64,000 bases of DNA, taken from NCBI RefSeq assembly GCF_036365525.1, contig NC_090415.1:14012001-14076000 (forward strand), read 5' to 3'. Made by a program: the position numbers and the translations under genes. Each line of letters begins with the position of its first letter. The stretch's first letter is position 1. Shown piece after piece: positions 38,730 to 53,179 of this stretch. The notes under the pieces were generated by a model, which was not told where the DNA came from, did not search any database, and worked only from the letters and a program-made list of their open reading frames with translations. This stretch comes from Heterodontus francisci. Taxonomy: Eukaryota.

Positions 38730-39245
38730 AATCTCCTCGTCTGCACTGCCCCATCAAACACTCTCAGAGAAGGTACAGCACGGGTTAGATACAGAGTAAA
38801 GCTCCGTTTAAACTGTCCCTGGAGTGTCGGATTAACCCGGGTCACTCACTGTCCCCGGCTCAGCCTCAAGACTCACCTGCCTCAGTCACTGAGACGCTCC
38901 TGTATCACTTGCCTTAATGTAAGCGGATGCCGGGTTTGGGAGCAGGACAGGCACACGGGATTAGGACGACTGCTCATGTGGAGGATAAGCATCAGTAATC
39001 CCTCAGAGAATCAGAACAGACCAGCGAGACTCAGAAAAGGAAGCTTGTGTTGAATTTGTGAGTCTTGCATTGTGGAATGCTTTAGTATTTGGTGAGAATG
39101 TTGAGCCAGTGAAATTCTGCCCCAGTGGGATGAATAGATACTATTTGACTTTATTACAACAGTAAGGAACCGTGTGTACTGTAAATATGGACTGAAATAA
39201 CAATGTAACTGATCAATTTTCAGCTGAATTCTATGACGACAGTTA
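38730..39245. repeat. ~0.5-kb direct duplication, second copy at about 43600-44113
   Basis: Shared ggagtgtcggattaacccgggtcactcac...caattttcagctgaa. Confidence 0.9.
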
Positions 39246-40025
39246 GAGTCATAGAGTTATACAGCACAGAAACAGGCCGTTCGGCCCATCGTGTCTATTG
39301 CCACCATCAAGCACCTACCTATTCTAGTCCCATTTTCCATCACTTGGCCCGTAGCCTTGTATGCTATGGCATTTCAAGTGCTCATCTAAATACTTCTTAA
39401 ATGTTGTGAGGGTCCCTGCCTCTACCACCACTTCAGGCAGAGAGTTCCAGATTCCAAACACCCTCTGGGTGAAAAATCTATTCCTCAAATCCCCTCTAAA
39501 CCTCCTGCCCCTTGCCTTCAATCTATGCCCCCTGGTTATTGACCCCTCCACTAAGGGAAAAAGTTTCTTCCTATCTAACCTATCAATACCCCTCATAATT
39601 TTGTCCACCTCAATCAGGTCCCCCCTCAGCCTTCTCTGCTCTAAGGAAAACAACTCCAGCCTTTTCAGTCTCTCTTCATAGCTGAAATGCTCCAGCCCAG
39701 GCAACATCCTGGTGAATCTCCTCTGCATCCTCTCCAGTGCAATCACATCCTTCCTATAGTGTGGTGCCCAGACCTGTACACAGTACTCCAGCTGTGGCCT
39801 AACCAGTGTTTTATATAGCTCCATCATAACCTCCCTGCTCTTATATTCTATGCCTCAACTAATAAAGGCAAGTATCCCATATACCTTCCTAACCACCTTG
39901 TCTCCCTGCGCTGCAGCCTTCAGTGATCTATGGACAAGTACACCAAGATCCCTCTGACACTCGGTACTTCCTATGGTCCTACCATTCATTGGATATTCCC
40001 TAGCCTTGTTAGTCCTTCCAAAATT
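39244..40025 (-). mobile_element. CR1 LINE 3' end
   Basis: ORF 39324-39827(-) LVRPQLEYCVQVW...RGDLIE...FFTQRV. Confidence 0.9.
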
Positions 40026-40609
40026 CTATGTAACCTAACCTATGTATAATCATTAATCTTGCAGTGCATGTGTAATGTTTAATTTCTGAAAGCCAGACAG
40101 AGTAAAGCTTAACGTACTCCAAAAAACTCCAGACTTTTGGCATTTATTACCTTATCGGGTCAAATCTGTCGTTAAGTTGGACTGGACTTGTAAATAATTC
40201 TTTTAAAGTTGTTTGTCCGACAGTACTAGTGTAAATTGATTTGCAGCATCCCATCATATAATATACTTTGCTGTCAACATCACTGTGATCATGTCTGAAT
40301 ACAGACATAAAATAGCCACAAATCTTGCTATTTATTTCGGGGCAGACAGGTGAAGTGTTGATTTTGTCTGTGATTTAACTCAACCCCCAATGATAACCAA
40401 CATGGTGGGAGAGAGTGATAGACAGAGAGAGAGGAGCAGAGGTAGAGTAACAGAGAGATAGGGAGAGATAGAAATGGAGAGAGAACAGAGAGATAGTGAG
40501 GGATAGAGACAGAAGCAGAGAGATAGAAAGTGCCAGGAGACCCTGAGACACTTTAGAAGCAGGGGGACGGGGAGACAGGCTGTGTGGGGACCCTGGGGTA
40601 ACATTACAG

Positions 40610-42960
40610 ATAGACAGGGTAGATGTAGGTAAGATGTTTCTCCTGGTTGAGGAGTCTAGAACCAGGGGACACAATTTCAAAATAAGGCGGAAGCCACTTG
40701 GGACTGAGATGAGGAGAAATTTCATTACTCAGAGGGTTGTGAATCTTAGGAATTCTCTATCCCAGAGGGCTGTGGAAGCTCAGTCATTGAGTATGTTTAA
40801 AGCAGAGATTGACAGATTGCTGAATACCAATGACATAAAGGGTATGAGGATAGTCTGGGAAAAACACATTGAAGTGGATGATCAGCCATGATAGTATTGA
40901 ATGGCGGAGCAGGCTCTATGGGCTGAATGGCCTACTCCTGTTCCTATATTCAAAAGCTGCCGAAATAGTTTCTCGCAAACTACCCCATCAGTTCCCCTTA
41001 ATATCTCAACAACTTTGATCAAATCACCTTGATCCTCCTAAATGCCAGGGAATAAATCCCCAGTTTGTGTAATATCACCTCGTAATTTAACCCTTGGAGT
41101 CCAGTTATCATTCTGGTAAATCTACACTGCACTCAAATGGACACAAACCCCTCAAGTCTCTTTGAACCTCCAGTGTTTCTATCTTTTCACCATTTATAAA
41201 GTACTCCGTTCTAGTCTTTTTTACTGACATGGAAATCTATCTACCACAGTTTTGCCCATTTATTTAAGATACCAATATCTCTTTGCAATGTTCTGCTTCC
41301 AGCTACACTGCTTGCAATGCTGCCTATTTTTGTGTCATTGGTAAACTTGGGTATGTTGCATTCTACCCCATTATCTTAAATCGTTAATAAATACAGCAAA
41401 ACTGAGACACTCATGGGCTTTGCACTAGTAGACAGGAGTGAATCATTCCATCCGAGAGGTTTTTTAATTCCAGATTTATGTTTATTGTTAGAAAAAACAA
41501 AATTCAAATTCACAACAGCCCAGTGCGGGATTTGAACTCCTACTTTTTCAATCATCAGCTCAGGCCTTCAAATTAAAACCCATAAAAAGAGATTAATTTT
41601 CCTACTGCTGTTGTCTGACTGACTCAGGTTTTGTATATTGTTCCCTTCTCCTCTTCTTCCATGCGTTTGAAGTCTTTGAAGTTTGTCAGACATTGGTAAA
41701 CTACTTCATGTGGTGTTGTGTAAATACCTTCAATTCTGTGTATCTGGAAGGGACACAATTCAAATTCTCACCTTATTGCATCAACCAAAACCTGCAGGTC
41801 AATTCAAACATCCCTATTTCCTGTCTCTGCAAAGATAGCTCACACTTCCACAATGCAGGAATATCTGAATGGAAACAGCTTTGGACATTTCCCTACACTT
41901 TTCAGGATGAAGCTAAATTCAACTCACAGATTCCAAGCCCCAAATTGAGCTTTTGGGTAGAACAGGTAACATTGATGAAATCCCAGATCTCTCTGTCCTG
42001 TCACCCATTCTAAGATTGTACCATTTAGTTTATATCACTCAGTCTTCCTTCCAAAATGCATCACTTCACATTTCTCAGCATTGAAGTTAACCTGCCCTGT
42101 GTCTGTCCAATGATAGGTTGGATAGTAAGCTGTCAAGAGGACATAAAGTGTCTACAAAGAGATTTCCATAGGTTAAGTGAGTGAGCAAAAAATTGGCAGA
42201 TGGAGTACAATGTGGGAAAATGTGAGCTTGTCCACTTTAGCAGGAAGAATAAAAATCAGTATATTATTGAAATGGAGAGAGACTGCAGAACTGTACGGTA
42301 CAGAGGGATCTGGGTGTCCTGGTACATGAATCACAAAATGTTACCGTGTAGCTACAGCGAGCGATTAGGAAGGCAAATGGAATGTTGTTGTTTATTGCAA
42401 GGTGAACAGAATATAAAAGTAAGGAAGTGTTGTTACAGCTGTACAGGGCATAAGTTAGACGACGTCTGCAGGATTGTGGACACTTTTGGTCTCCTTACTG
42501 AAGAAATTATATAATTGCATTCGAAGTAGTTCAGAGAAGGTTCACTGGGCTGATTCCTGGGATGAAGGGGTTATCTTATGAGGAAAGGTTGAACAGGTTG
42601 GGTCTATACCCACTGGAGTTTAGAAGAATGAGAGGTGATCTGAGTGAAACATCTCAGGTCCCAAGGGGACTGGATTGGGTGGATGCCTCTATCCTCCTGA
42701 AGTCTGCTACTAGTCCCTTCCCTGTTTATTACATTGCAGATGACACAAACATTGACAAACATTGAAGTTATGCCCTGTAAACACAAGTCCAAGTCATTAG
42801 TATATATCAAAAAGATCAATGGTCCTAATATAAACCTCCACTGTATACCTCCCTCCAGTCTGAAACAACCATTGTCCACTCTCTCAGCCAATGTCGTATC
42901 CACTCAGCCACAGCCCCTTTCATCCATGGAGCACCAATTTTGCTAACTGGTCAATTAGGA
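40610..42960. mobile_element. Several old CR1 fragments in both orientations
   Basis: 40634-40891 (RTRGHNFKI), 42200-42690 (MEYNVGKCE, LEFRRMRGDL), 42604-42903(-) (LGPLIFLIYTNDL). Confidence 0.7.
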
Positions 42961-43009
42961 GGAACCATAAAGTCCTCCCCATGAGGACACTGGTCCCAGA
43001 CCTCTCTGT

Positions 43010-44510
43010 TTGCACGCTCCCATCAACATTCCCCAGCCAGGTACAGCATGGATTAGATACAGAGTAATGCTCCTTCTACACTGTCCAATCCAACACTCCC
43101 AGGACAGGAACATCATGGGGTGGATACAGAGTGAATCTCACTCTACACTGTCCGAAACAGACAGAGAGAGAGAGACAGGAAGAGAGAAACAGAGATAAAC
43201 AGACAGACAGGGTGACTGAGAGTGAAAAAAGGAGATTTAACATCAGACATAGGAAGATGAGGAGGCAATTTAACCCCTCGACCCTGTTCCAGCATTCAGT
43301 GAGATCAGGGCTGAACTGTGATCTAACTAACACTATATATCCCACCTTTGCCCTTTATCTCTTCATAACTTTGGTTAACAAAAATTATTCAATCTCAGAT
43401 TTAAAAATTTACAAGTATCTCAGCATCAATTGCTGATTGTGGAAGAGAGTTCCAAACTGATACCACACCTGAGGTGTTGAGCTGTTCCTTCATTTCACTC
43501 CTGAAAGCTTTTGAGACTACGTTTAGATTTTTAGACTAGGCCCACAAGTTCCTGACTCCGCAGCCAGTGGGAATAGTTACTCTCTGTCTACCCCATCAGA
43601 GTCTCCTTGTCTGAACTGCCCCATCGAACAATCTCAGAGAAGGCACAGCACGGGTTAGATACAGAGTACAGTTCAGTTTGAACATTCCCTGGAGTGTCGG
43701 ATTAACCCGGGTCACTCACTGTGCCTGGCTCAGCCTCAAGACTCCACCTTCCTCAGTCACTGAGATGCTCCTGTATCACTTGCCTTAATGTAAGTGGATG
43801 CCGGGTTTGGGAGCAGGACAGGCACACGGGATTATGATGACTGCTCATGTGGAGGATGAGCATCAGTAATCCCTCAGAGAATCAGAACAGACCAGCGAGA
43901 ATCAGAAAAGTAAACGTGTTGAATTTGAGAGTGTTGCATTGTGGAATGCTTTCGTATTTGGTGAGAATGTTGAGCCAGTGACATTTTGCCCCAGTGGGAT
44001 GAATAGACACTATATGACTTTATTACAACAGTAAGGTACCGTGTGTACTGTAAATATGGACTGAAATAACAATGTAACTGATCAATTTTCAGCTGAACAC
44101 TATGACTACAGTTATACCTGCTATCCTGTTATATATGTGCTGCTATACCTGCTATATGTGAGAATGTACATACGACACGATGGATGAAGTCAAAGTGGCC
44201 ACTCTTTATATTTTCAGACTATGCCCCAAGTTTCTGACTCCGCAGCCAGTGGGAATAGTTACTCTCAGTCCACCCTATCAGTTTCCCTTATTATCTTGAA
44301 AACATTCATCTCATCACCCCATAACCTTCTAAATTCCAGGGATACAGAGTAAATCTCCAGCTACACTGTCCCATTAAACATTTCCAAGCTAAGCACAATG
44401 TTGGGTTTGACACAGAGTAAATTTCCCTCTGAACTGTCCCATCACACATTCCCAGGGCAGGAACATCATGGGGTGGATACAGAGTGAATCTCACTCTACA
44501 CTGTCCAATA
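43010..44510. repeat. Scattered monomers of a ~65-70-bp satellite (ggtacagcacgggttagatacagagtaaa...ctacactgtcccatcaaacactccc)
   Basis: Copies at about 38745, 43020-43150, 43615 and 44340-44510, and an inverted part at about 37810. Confidence 0.65.
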
Positions 44511-44868
44511 GAGACAGAGAGAGAGACAGAAAGAGAGAAACAGAGAGACATAGACTGACAGGGTGACTGACAGAGAAAGAAGGATATTTAACAGGGGATA
44601 TTGGAAGAGGAGGATGCAATTTAACCCCACAACTCTGTTCCGGCATTCAATGAGATCATGGCTGATCTGTGATCAGTCTTACACCATATATCCTGCCTTT
44701 GCCCCATATCTCTTAATATCTTTGGTTAAGAAGAATCTATCAATCACAGGTTTAAAAATTAACTAATAAACCAGCATGAAATTTCCACAAACAATATCAT
44801 GAGGGTGTGATGGCTCCCACAGTGGAATAGTTGGCTGAATATTTAAAATGGAGGCTATTCTTTCTGGA

Positions 44869-45068
44869 NNNNNNNNNNNNNNNNNNNNNNNNNNNNNNNN
44901 NNNNNNNNNNNNNNNNNNNNNNNNNNNNNNNNNNNNNNNNNNNNNNNNNNNNNNNNNNNNNNNNNNNNNNNNNNNNNNNNNNNNNNNNNNNNNNNNNNNN
45001 NNNNNNNNNNNNNNNNNNNNNNNNNNNNNNNNNNNNNNNNNNNNNNNNNNNNNNNNNNNNNNNNNNNN
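44869..45068. other. Assembly gap (200 N)
   Basis: Run of exactly 200 N. Confidence 1.
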
Positions 45069-45879
45069 CTGGATCCCCCGGGATTTTACTTTTTGAAACA
45101 GTCTGCCATGTGGGAACTTGTCAAAATCCTTGTTAAACTCCATGTAGACCACATCAACTGCAGTGCCCTCATACAACTTCCTTGTTATTAATTCAATAAA
45201 TTCGATCAAGTTGGTCAGACGACATCTTCCCTTCACAAATCCATGCTGACTCTGCTTGACTAATCGATGCCTTTCTAAGTGACAGTTTATCCTGTCTCTC
45301 AGAATGATTCCAATATTTTGCCCACGACTGAGGTTAGACTGACTGACCTGTAATTATTGAGTTGTGGGCTGAAATGTCAGATTCGTTTTATCTCGAAAGA
45401 TCCACCCGGGGAGACCGACGATACAAACTTATCTCTCACTTATATGGTGCCACAAGCAGCCACATTATTAATCTCACAATCTGAGGTCGTGTCCGAAAGT
45501 GAGTCACACAATGTCCCAAATGTAACTTTTTTTCTGCCCTGTTGAGGTCTCTGCAATGTTTCAGCTCGAACCGTTCGCTCTGACACTCAGTGACAGACAT
45601 TTTCAATGTGATTACATGAATCTAGGACTGTTACTGTCAGATATTAAATCCTGCGCGATCCCAGCAAACACACCGACTCCCTCCAAGGATTGCTTTGAGA
45701 AACTGGGCAAACATACTGCAGAGAATAATCTCAAATTGAACTTTATAAAGGGGTAATCTCCCAGATGTGAACCTTCTCTATCTTACCCGCAGCCCCTGTT
45801 CCATTGCTCACAATGTGATAAAACTGAACTGAATAAAGTTCCAATTGTTTGTATTTTTGTTTTTCAAAGCGTTGCCGAA

Positions 45880-45950
45880 AGAAGCGCATGCGCGGTAAAG
45901 CCCCGCCCACACCTCTGAGAGTTGTTGACCGACTGAGCGCATGCGCTCCC
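45880..45950. promoter_or_regulatory. Putative promoter: two NRF1 sites and a GC box
   Basis: GCGCATGCGC at 45884-45893 and 45937-45946, CCCCGCCC at 45901. Confidence 0.55.
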
Positions 45951-46389
45951 CTGTGCCTGCAAGGCCATTGAACGGCATTTATTCAAAGAGGGGAAAGCGT
46001 TTGTTTTTAACAGAGGGAATGGAGATATTACAGTATCGGGGGAAGTCAGCAAACAGCAGTCTCCTTCCAGCAGCACTTTGTTTGGGGAAACTTGTCCGCA
46101 ATCTGGCTCAGAGATCGTCATTGACTTTGGGGCAAGTTCAGGAGGGTTGCGAGTTGTTTGCAAGAGACAGAGTGAGGCAGGAAGTGATCCGGTAACATGG
46201 AGTGAGCGGCGGAAGGCAGAGGCATTTCTCGGGCTGCGTGTGCACTGCGTAAGTGAGACAAAAGGTGAAGAAGCTGCTGTTGAAATTCATGGCTGTTTTT
46301 ATCCTCAAACCTGTAATGCTTGTTCCTGGTTTAGCTCCTATTTCACGCTGTTTGTTGTTATTGACAAGTGAATCGTGAAAACAGAGCCT

Positions 46390-47005
46390 GACTGTTGGCA
46401 TTTATTGCAAGGGGGATGGAATATAAACGTCAGTTGTTGGTGAGACCTCACCTGGAGTATTGGATACAGTTGTGGTCTCCTTCGCTCATGAGGGATATAT
46501 ACGTGCATTGGAGGCAGTTCAGGCAAGGTTCGTTCCGTTGTTTCCTGCGATGAAGAGGTTACGTTATGAGGAAAAGGTTGAGCAGGTTGCGTTACACTCA
46601 TTGGAGTTTGTAATGATCAGAGCTAATCTTATTGCAAAGTGTAAGATTCTGAGGGGTATTGACAGAGTAGATGCTGAGAAGATATCTCCCCTCGAGGAAA
46701 TCAAGAACCACGCCGTACAGTTTCAGAATAAGGGGTCTCCCATTTTAGACGGAGGTAAGGAAGAATTTCTTCTCTCAAAGTGTCATTAATCTATGGAATT
46801 CTCTGCACCAGAGAGGAGTGGGGGCTGGATTATGAAATATATTCAAGGATGAGTTAAACTTTTGATCTTCAAGGGAGTAATGGGTTTTTGGCCAGGCAGG
46901 ATAATGGAGCTGAAGCCAAGATCAAATCAGACATGATTTTATTGAATGGTGGATCAGGCTGGAGAGGCTGAATGGCTGACTCCTGCTCCTAGTTCTTAGG
47001 TTATT
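46390..47005 (+). mobile_element. Old CR1 3' end
   Basis: ALEAVQARF...ILRGIDRVDAEK plus 3' UTR. Confidence 0.8.
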
Positions 47006-47579
47006 ACATTATAATGCCAGATGGAAATAGAAACCTGACCTGCACAAATATCCCTGCTCCATCAGGTTGTTCCAACTTTGGAGCAGTGTAGATGTTGGCT
47101 TGTTTCTGGATGTCTCAAAATTGTTGTGGAACTGCCAACACACCTCGTCAGCAGATGCTGAGAGCTGCAGTGGAATCAGACAGTGATATTCTTTGTATTT
47201 CTGGTTAGCATTTGTGATTAGTCATAAATATTATTAATTGAAATGTTACATTAACCTCTTTTCTAGCTTCCAACTCAACTGATCGTGACTTACAAGACAT
47301 AGTTTTCTTCCTTTCTGTAGGCAAATAGTTCAAGGGAGCAGAATGAATGTGATGATTCCCAGGCACAAGGGCAAATGCAGTCGGCTCCTTCCATCACAGA
47401 CAAGGTACAGTACCACTCCCATAGGCCTTCAGTTCATGGCATAGTCACAAGAAGCAGATGTAGTCAAAGTTTCACTGATCCTAAGTTTAGAGACACATTT
47501 CCAATTCAGCAATCAAACAAATCAGAAGAGACAGACATTGTATCCAATCCATTCCAAATCAATACTGCTGAAAGTTAGG

Positions 47580-49440
47580 TAAAGTTCAAAAGCAGAACCC
47601 ACTATCAGATTAAAAGGCACTCTGTCAATCTCACAAGAGGGTGCATCCTGGAGACAGTAAATCTCACCCTCACATGCCTGAAAATGATGTTTACAAAATT
47701 CATAGAATGTATACAGACAGACACAGAGTGAAATTCACATTTACAAATTATTAAAGAGTTTAAGTAAAGATTAAAACCTTCAGCCACTGAAGGGAAACTG
47801 ACAGATACAGAGCAGAAAATAAAACCCCTCACATGCAAGACACTGTCAGATAGAGAATAACACCAGAGTCACCTAACAGAGACAGTTACCATGTAAAACC
47901 CATGGACACATTGCAGAGACTGAGATGTTCAAAGGAAAAGCAATTCTTCAATGACAGAAATTGAAAGATAAGAATAACACACATCCTCTGTACCAGACAT
48001 TGATAGCTGCAGAAGAAAAGAAAATGTGCTCACACACCTATCAGGAACTGTAAGTTGCAGATTAAAACTTACAGTTACAGAGCAGAAATCGACAGATTCA
48101 GAGAAAGGCCCCATGTCACACACTAGAGTTTGATAGATACAGAATAAAACCACACTATATTACCTTAACTTTACGGGTCCAGCTTAAAGCCGACAATCAC
48201 ATACCAGAAGACAACTGGTGCAAAGTAAAACTCAGTCAAGTAATAGAAACTGACAGAAACAGATCAAAAACCACAATCATATCCCAGAAAATAACAGGTA
48301 CAGAATAAAACAACAGTCACATATCAGAATCTGGCAGACAGCGAAATAAAACCACCTTCATTTTTCATAAACTGACAGGTACAGACTGAAAACTACATTC
48401 ATTTACTATCAATGCGCAGGTACAGATTTAATCCCTCATTCACTTAACAGAAACATACAGGTTTCGGGTAAAACACGGACTCAAATTCCAAAGATTGAAA
48501 GATCCAAAATAAACCCACCTTCACATACCAGCAACTGACAGAGAAAGATTAAAACCTTCTCACAATTCAGACAGTAACAGGTACTGAATAAATGCCACCC
48601 TCACATATGAGAAACTGGCAGAAACAGATTTTAGCCCAGACTCTCATAGGAGAAATCAACAGGTACACATTAATATCTACATTCACATATCAGAAATGAG
48701 GAGATACAGTATAAATGCCGCACTTAACTACCAGAGACTGACAAACACAGAGTGAAATCCATAATAAATTACAAGAAGTTAACAGTTAGAGAGTGAAAGC
48801 CTCTCATCTAAAACAGACACTGACAGGTACAAAGTAAACCTGACAATTAAACTTCAGACACTGATAGATACAGAACAACACACACATAATTAAGAAGATT
48901 CATATATCAGATACTGACAGGTACAGGTTAAAACTCACAGACAGAAAATAAACTGACAGGTTCAGAATAAAATTGGCAGTCACATCAGAGAATAACAATG
49001 GACAAAGTAAACCTCACAGCCAAATGTCAGAAACTGGCATGTACAGATTAAAACTCACCTTCAGATCCGAGAGAATGTAGAGATGTGGTGTAAAATCCAC
49101 ACTCAAAAACCAGACTGAAACCCTTACTCTTATATCATACAGTGACAGGTTAAAAACCACAGCTACACATGAGACATTTAAGGGCACAGATTAAACCTTA
49201 AATTGGCTACTAGACAATCAAAGATAAAGTGTGAACTCCCACTCATATGCACAAGAATGTAATATTAACTGTCAAATCCACACTCACATACCCTATACTG
49301 ATGGGGACAAAGTACAAGCCAGAACACACACACAACTGAAACTGTAAGGTTCTGAATAAGACGTTTCTCACACAAAACAAACTGACAGGTCCAGATAAAG
49401 CCACACTCAAAATCCGAAAATGACAGAGGTAAATTGTAGA
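47580..49440. repeat. Degenerate ~40-bp satellite in inverted orientation; further blocks at about 51.7-52.5, 52.8-53.1, 53.7-54.45 and 57.2-58.15 kb
   Basis: Recurrent ACTCACATACCAGAAACTGACAGGTACAGAATAAAACCCAC. 47930-49440 is the reverse complement of 25025-26500. Confidence 0.8.
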
Positions 49441-49489
49441 CTAGGGATTGAGAGATTAACAGTGAAATTTACACCTGCCAAGACTGGTG

Positions 49490-51655
49490 TGGGAGAAGTC
49501 AGGTTCAGTTTGTGGGCACTGGCACCAGTACTAGGGAAAGTGGAGGCTGTACCATTCGGACAGTCTATACCTGAGCCAAGCTGGGACCAGTGTTCGAGCA
49601 AACCGTATAACTAGGGATGTAGAGAGGTACTTGATCTAAACAAAGGGGGAGGGGAACAAGCTTTAGCAGATGTAACAAACCAAGGGATAAAGTCAAGGCA
49701 GGAAAACAGAATAGAAACCGGGGAAATGAAGGCCAGAGAATGGCAGGAAGGGACACAGAGGAAAAAAAAACTAAGAGCAGACCAACAGTCAACACTAGAT
49801 GTTACAAGGATAACAAAAAGATAAAACTAAAGGCTCTGTATGTGAATGCACGGAGCATTCATAACAAAGTAAAGAAACTGATAGCACATGTTGAAGTAAA
49901 TAAATATGATCTAATAGCCATTATGGAGACATGGCTGCAGGATGACAAGGATTGTGTCCTCAATATTGAGGGATGTGTAACATTCAAGAAGAATAGGAAG
50001 CTAGGTAAAGTTGGAGGGGTGGCACTGTTAATCAAGGATGGCATTAGTGCAATAGTTGGACATGTCCTTGGTTCAGGAGATCAGTATGTAGAATTGGTTT
50101 GGCTGGAGATGAGGAACAGTCAGGGAAAAAAGGCACTAGTGGGAGTAGTCTACAGGCCCGCAGACAGTAATCACAATGTAGGATGAAGTCTACAAGAATA
50201 ACTAATGGGTGCTTGTGATAAAGGAATGGAAATAATCATGGGTGATTTTAATCTTCATAAAAACTGGAAAAAATCAGATTAGTAACAGAAGCCTGTATGA
50301 TGAGTTCATAGAATGCTTTCGAAATAGTTTCTTTGAGCAGCATCTTCTAGAACCATCCAGCGAGCAGGTTATATTAGACTTGGTATTGTGTAATTTGACA
50401 GGATTAATTAATGACCTCAGAGTATCTGCACCTCTTGGTAGCAATGATCACAATATGATTGAGCTTTGCATCCAGTTTCAAAATGAGAGGAGTGGATCTA
50501 AGACTAGTATTTTAAACTTAAATAAGGACAGCTATGTGGGCATGAAAGTTGAGCTAGCTGAAGTGAACTGGGTTACATCAGACTGGAAAGTAGAAAATAT
50601 AATCCCTCTATTCGAGAAGGTGTGGAAGCAGAGACAGGGTAACTACAGTAATATAAAAGCAAAATACTGCAGATGCTGGAAATTTGAAACAAAACAAAAA
50701 GTGCTGGAAATACTCAGGTCTGGCAGCATCTGTGGAGAGAGATGCAAAGTTAACATTAACTATAGGCCAGTTAGCTTGACCCCTGTCATGAGGAAGGTGG
50801 TAGAATTGATCGATGAGGAGGCTATAGCTGGGCATTTTGAAAAACATAAGGTCATCAGGAATAGTCAACATGGTTTTGTGAAGGGGAAATCATGTTTAAC
50901 CTATTTATTGAAGTTCCTTGAAGGACTAACATGCACTGTGGATAAAGGGGAACCTGTTTGACATACAGTACTTGGTTTTCCAGAAGGCATTTGACAAGTT
51001 GCCACATAAAAGGTTATTGTGCAAAGTAGGAGCTCATGGGTAACATATTGGCATGGATAGAAGATTGACTGGCTGGCAGAACACACAGAATGCATAAATG
51101 GGTCCTTTTCTGATTGGCAGGATGTGACGAGTGCTGGGCCTCAACCTTTTACAATTTATATCAATGACGTAGATGAGGGGAGTGATGACATGGCAGCTAA
51201 ATTTGCAGATGAAACAAAGATAGGTAGGAATGTATGTTGTGAAGAGGACATAAGGAAGTTGAAGACTGATTTCGATAGGTTGAGTGAGTGGGCAGGAATC
51301 TGGCAGATGATGTACAACGTGAGAAAATGGGATAAAAGCAAAATGGGAAGTTGTTCACTTTGTCAGGAAGATTAAAAAATACTTCAGTGCTGAGTGACTG
51401 CAGAATTCTGGAGAGGGATCTAGGTGTTCTAGTGCATGAGTCAAAAAAGTTAGGGTGCAGTTACAGCAAGACAGAAGGAAGGCAAATGGAATGCTATCCA
51501 GTATTACGAGAGGAATTGAAAATGAAAATAAGCCTGTTGTACTTCAGTTATACAGGGCATTGCTGAGACCAATCTAGAATACTGTGTGCAGTTTTGGACT
51601 CCTTATTTAATGAAGGAAGTAAATGTGTTGGAGACGGTTCATGAGATGTTTACTT
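49490..51655 (+). mobile_element. Decayed CR1 LINE, inverted paralog of 22.9-25.0 kb
   Basis: LYVNARSIHNK, ETWLQD, GVVYRP, ILDLVLCN, SQHGFVKGKSC, KFADETK. Confidence 0.9.
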
Positions 51656-52544
51656 CAGAGAAGTGAGTGTGACAGCTAACCAGAATAAAAAGACACAAAC
51701 TCAAATACCAGAGAATGAGGGTTACCGAGTAAAACCCACATTTACTTATCGGTAATTGCCATTTTCAGAATTAAAAACCTTTCCCATCTTCCCATTGCAG
51801 CAACTGACATGCACAGAGTAAAACAAACAGTTATTTAGCAGAAATTAACAAGTGCAATTGCAAATGTACACTCACAGAATAGAAACTGTCAGTTCAAGGT
51901 AGAAGCAGATTCACACAGATCAAATTGAATGTTACAATGTGAACTTCATATTTAAATACCAGAAGCTGATGGGCACACAGTGAATCTTACAATAGCATAC
52001 CAGACGCAGACAGACAGAAAAACAACATTATCACAGAGTGGAATCTTACAAGTACAGAGGAAAATTTACAGTAGCATATCAGGGAATGAGAGGGAAAGAG
52101 TAATTCAAGCACTACCATAAACCAACAAGTGCAGAATAATGGCCATACAAAGAAGTGTGATGCTGATAGGTACAGGGAAAATGTGAAGCTCACCACAGAT
52201 GGACAGAAACAGAATGAAGCACATACACATAAAGTAACTGAGGTACATAGCAAAATCCACATTTACATGTCAGAAACAGACACAGAGAGCAAAACACACA
52301 CTCACAAATTGTACACCGATAAATACAGAGTAATAGCCACATTCACATTACAGAGACTGGTAGGTGTAGGGTCAAACCCACAATCAATTACCACAATCAT
52401 AAAGTTACAGAATAAATCAGATAATTGCACTGCAGGAACTGACAACATGCTGGGTAAAATCCTCATTTGCGTATCAGAACTGAAAGGTTAAATATTGATC
52501 CCACATTCACTTGCCAGAACATGTACATGTCCATGTACAGTGTA

Positions 52545-52780
52545 AATGGAAAATGCTGGAAATACTCTGCAAGTCTGGCAGCACCTGTGGAGAGAGAAAT
52601 TCCGTTCACATTTCAGGTCAATGACCTTTGATCAGGACAGACCTTTCTGATGAAAGGTCATTGACCTGAAAGGCTAACTCTGTTTGTGTCTCCACAGATG
52701 CTGGCAGTCCTGCTGTGTATTTACAGAATTTTCTGCTTTTATTTCCAATTTCCAGCATTAACAGTATTTTGCTTTGTATT
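52545..52780. mobile_element. Inverted pair of Penelope-type termini with hammerhead-like cores, paralog of 16812-17000
   Basis: CTGATGA-AAGGTCATTGACCT-GAAA at 52647-52671, with a mirrored copy at about 52610-52635. Confidence 0.72.
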
Positions 52781-53179
52781 AGGTGCAGTTTAAAGATCTT
52801 ACTTCAATACCAGTAATTGACAAGTACGAAGGAATACTCATATTCATGTAAACAGAAAGTGAGCGATTCAAACCAAAACCACCGTTCAATTCATCAGTAA
52901 ATGAAAGGTACATTAAAAAATCCACTCACATCAGATGCTGGCAGATAGAGTGAAAAGTGCACATGCACATATCAGTAAGTGACAGAGATAAATATAGTCA
53001 CATTCCACATTCTGAGATAAAGAATGAATCCCTCACACACATACCATACAAAGAGGGACAGATACTTAGACAGATCTAGGTGTGTAAGAGATCCTTCATT
53101 GTTCCTTAAATATAAACAAACAGATCCTGTCTTTCAGAGTGGCAGATGCAGAATAAGTTCTACACTCAGACTGTACCAT

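Noticed and set aside
44763-45236. ORFs spanning the N run
   Set aside because: Artefacts of the gap; only the CR1 fragment at 45069-45355 is real.
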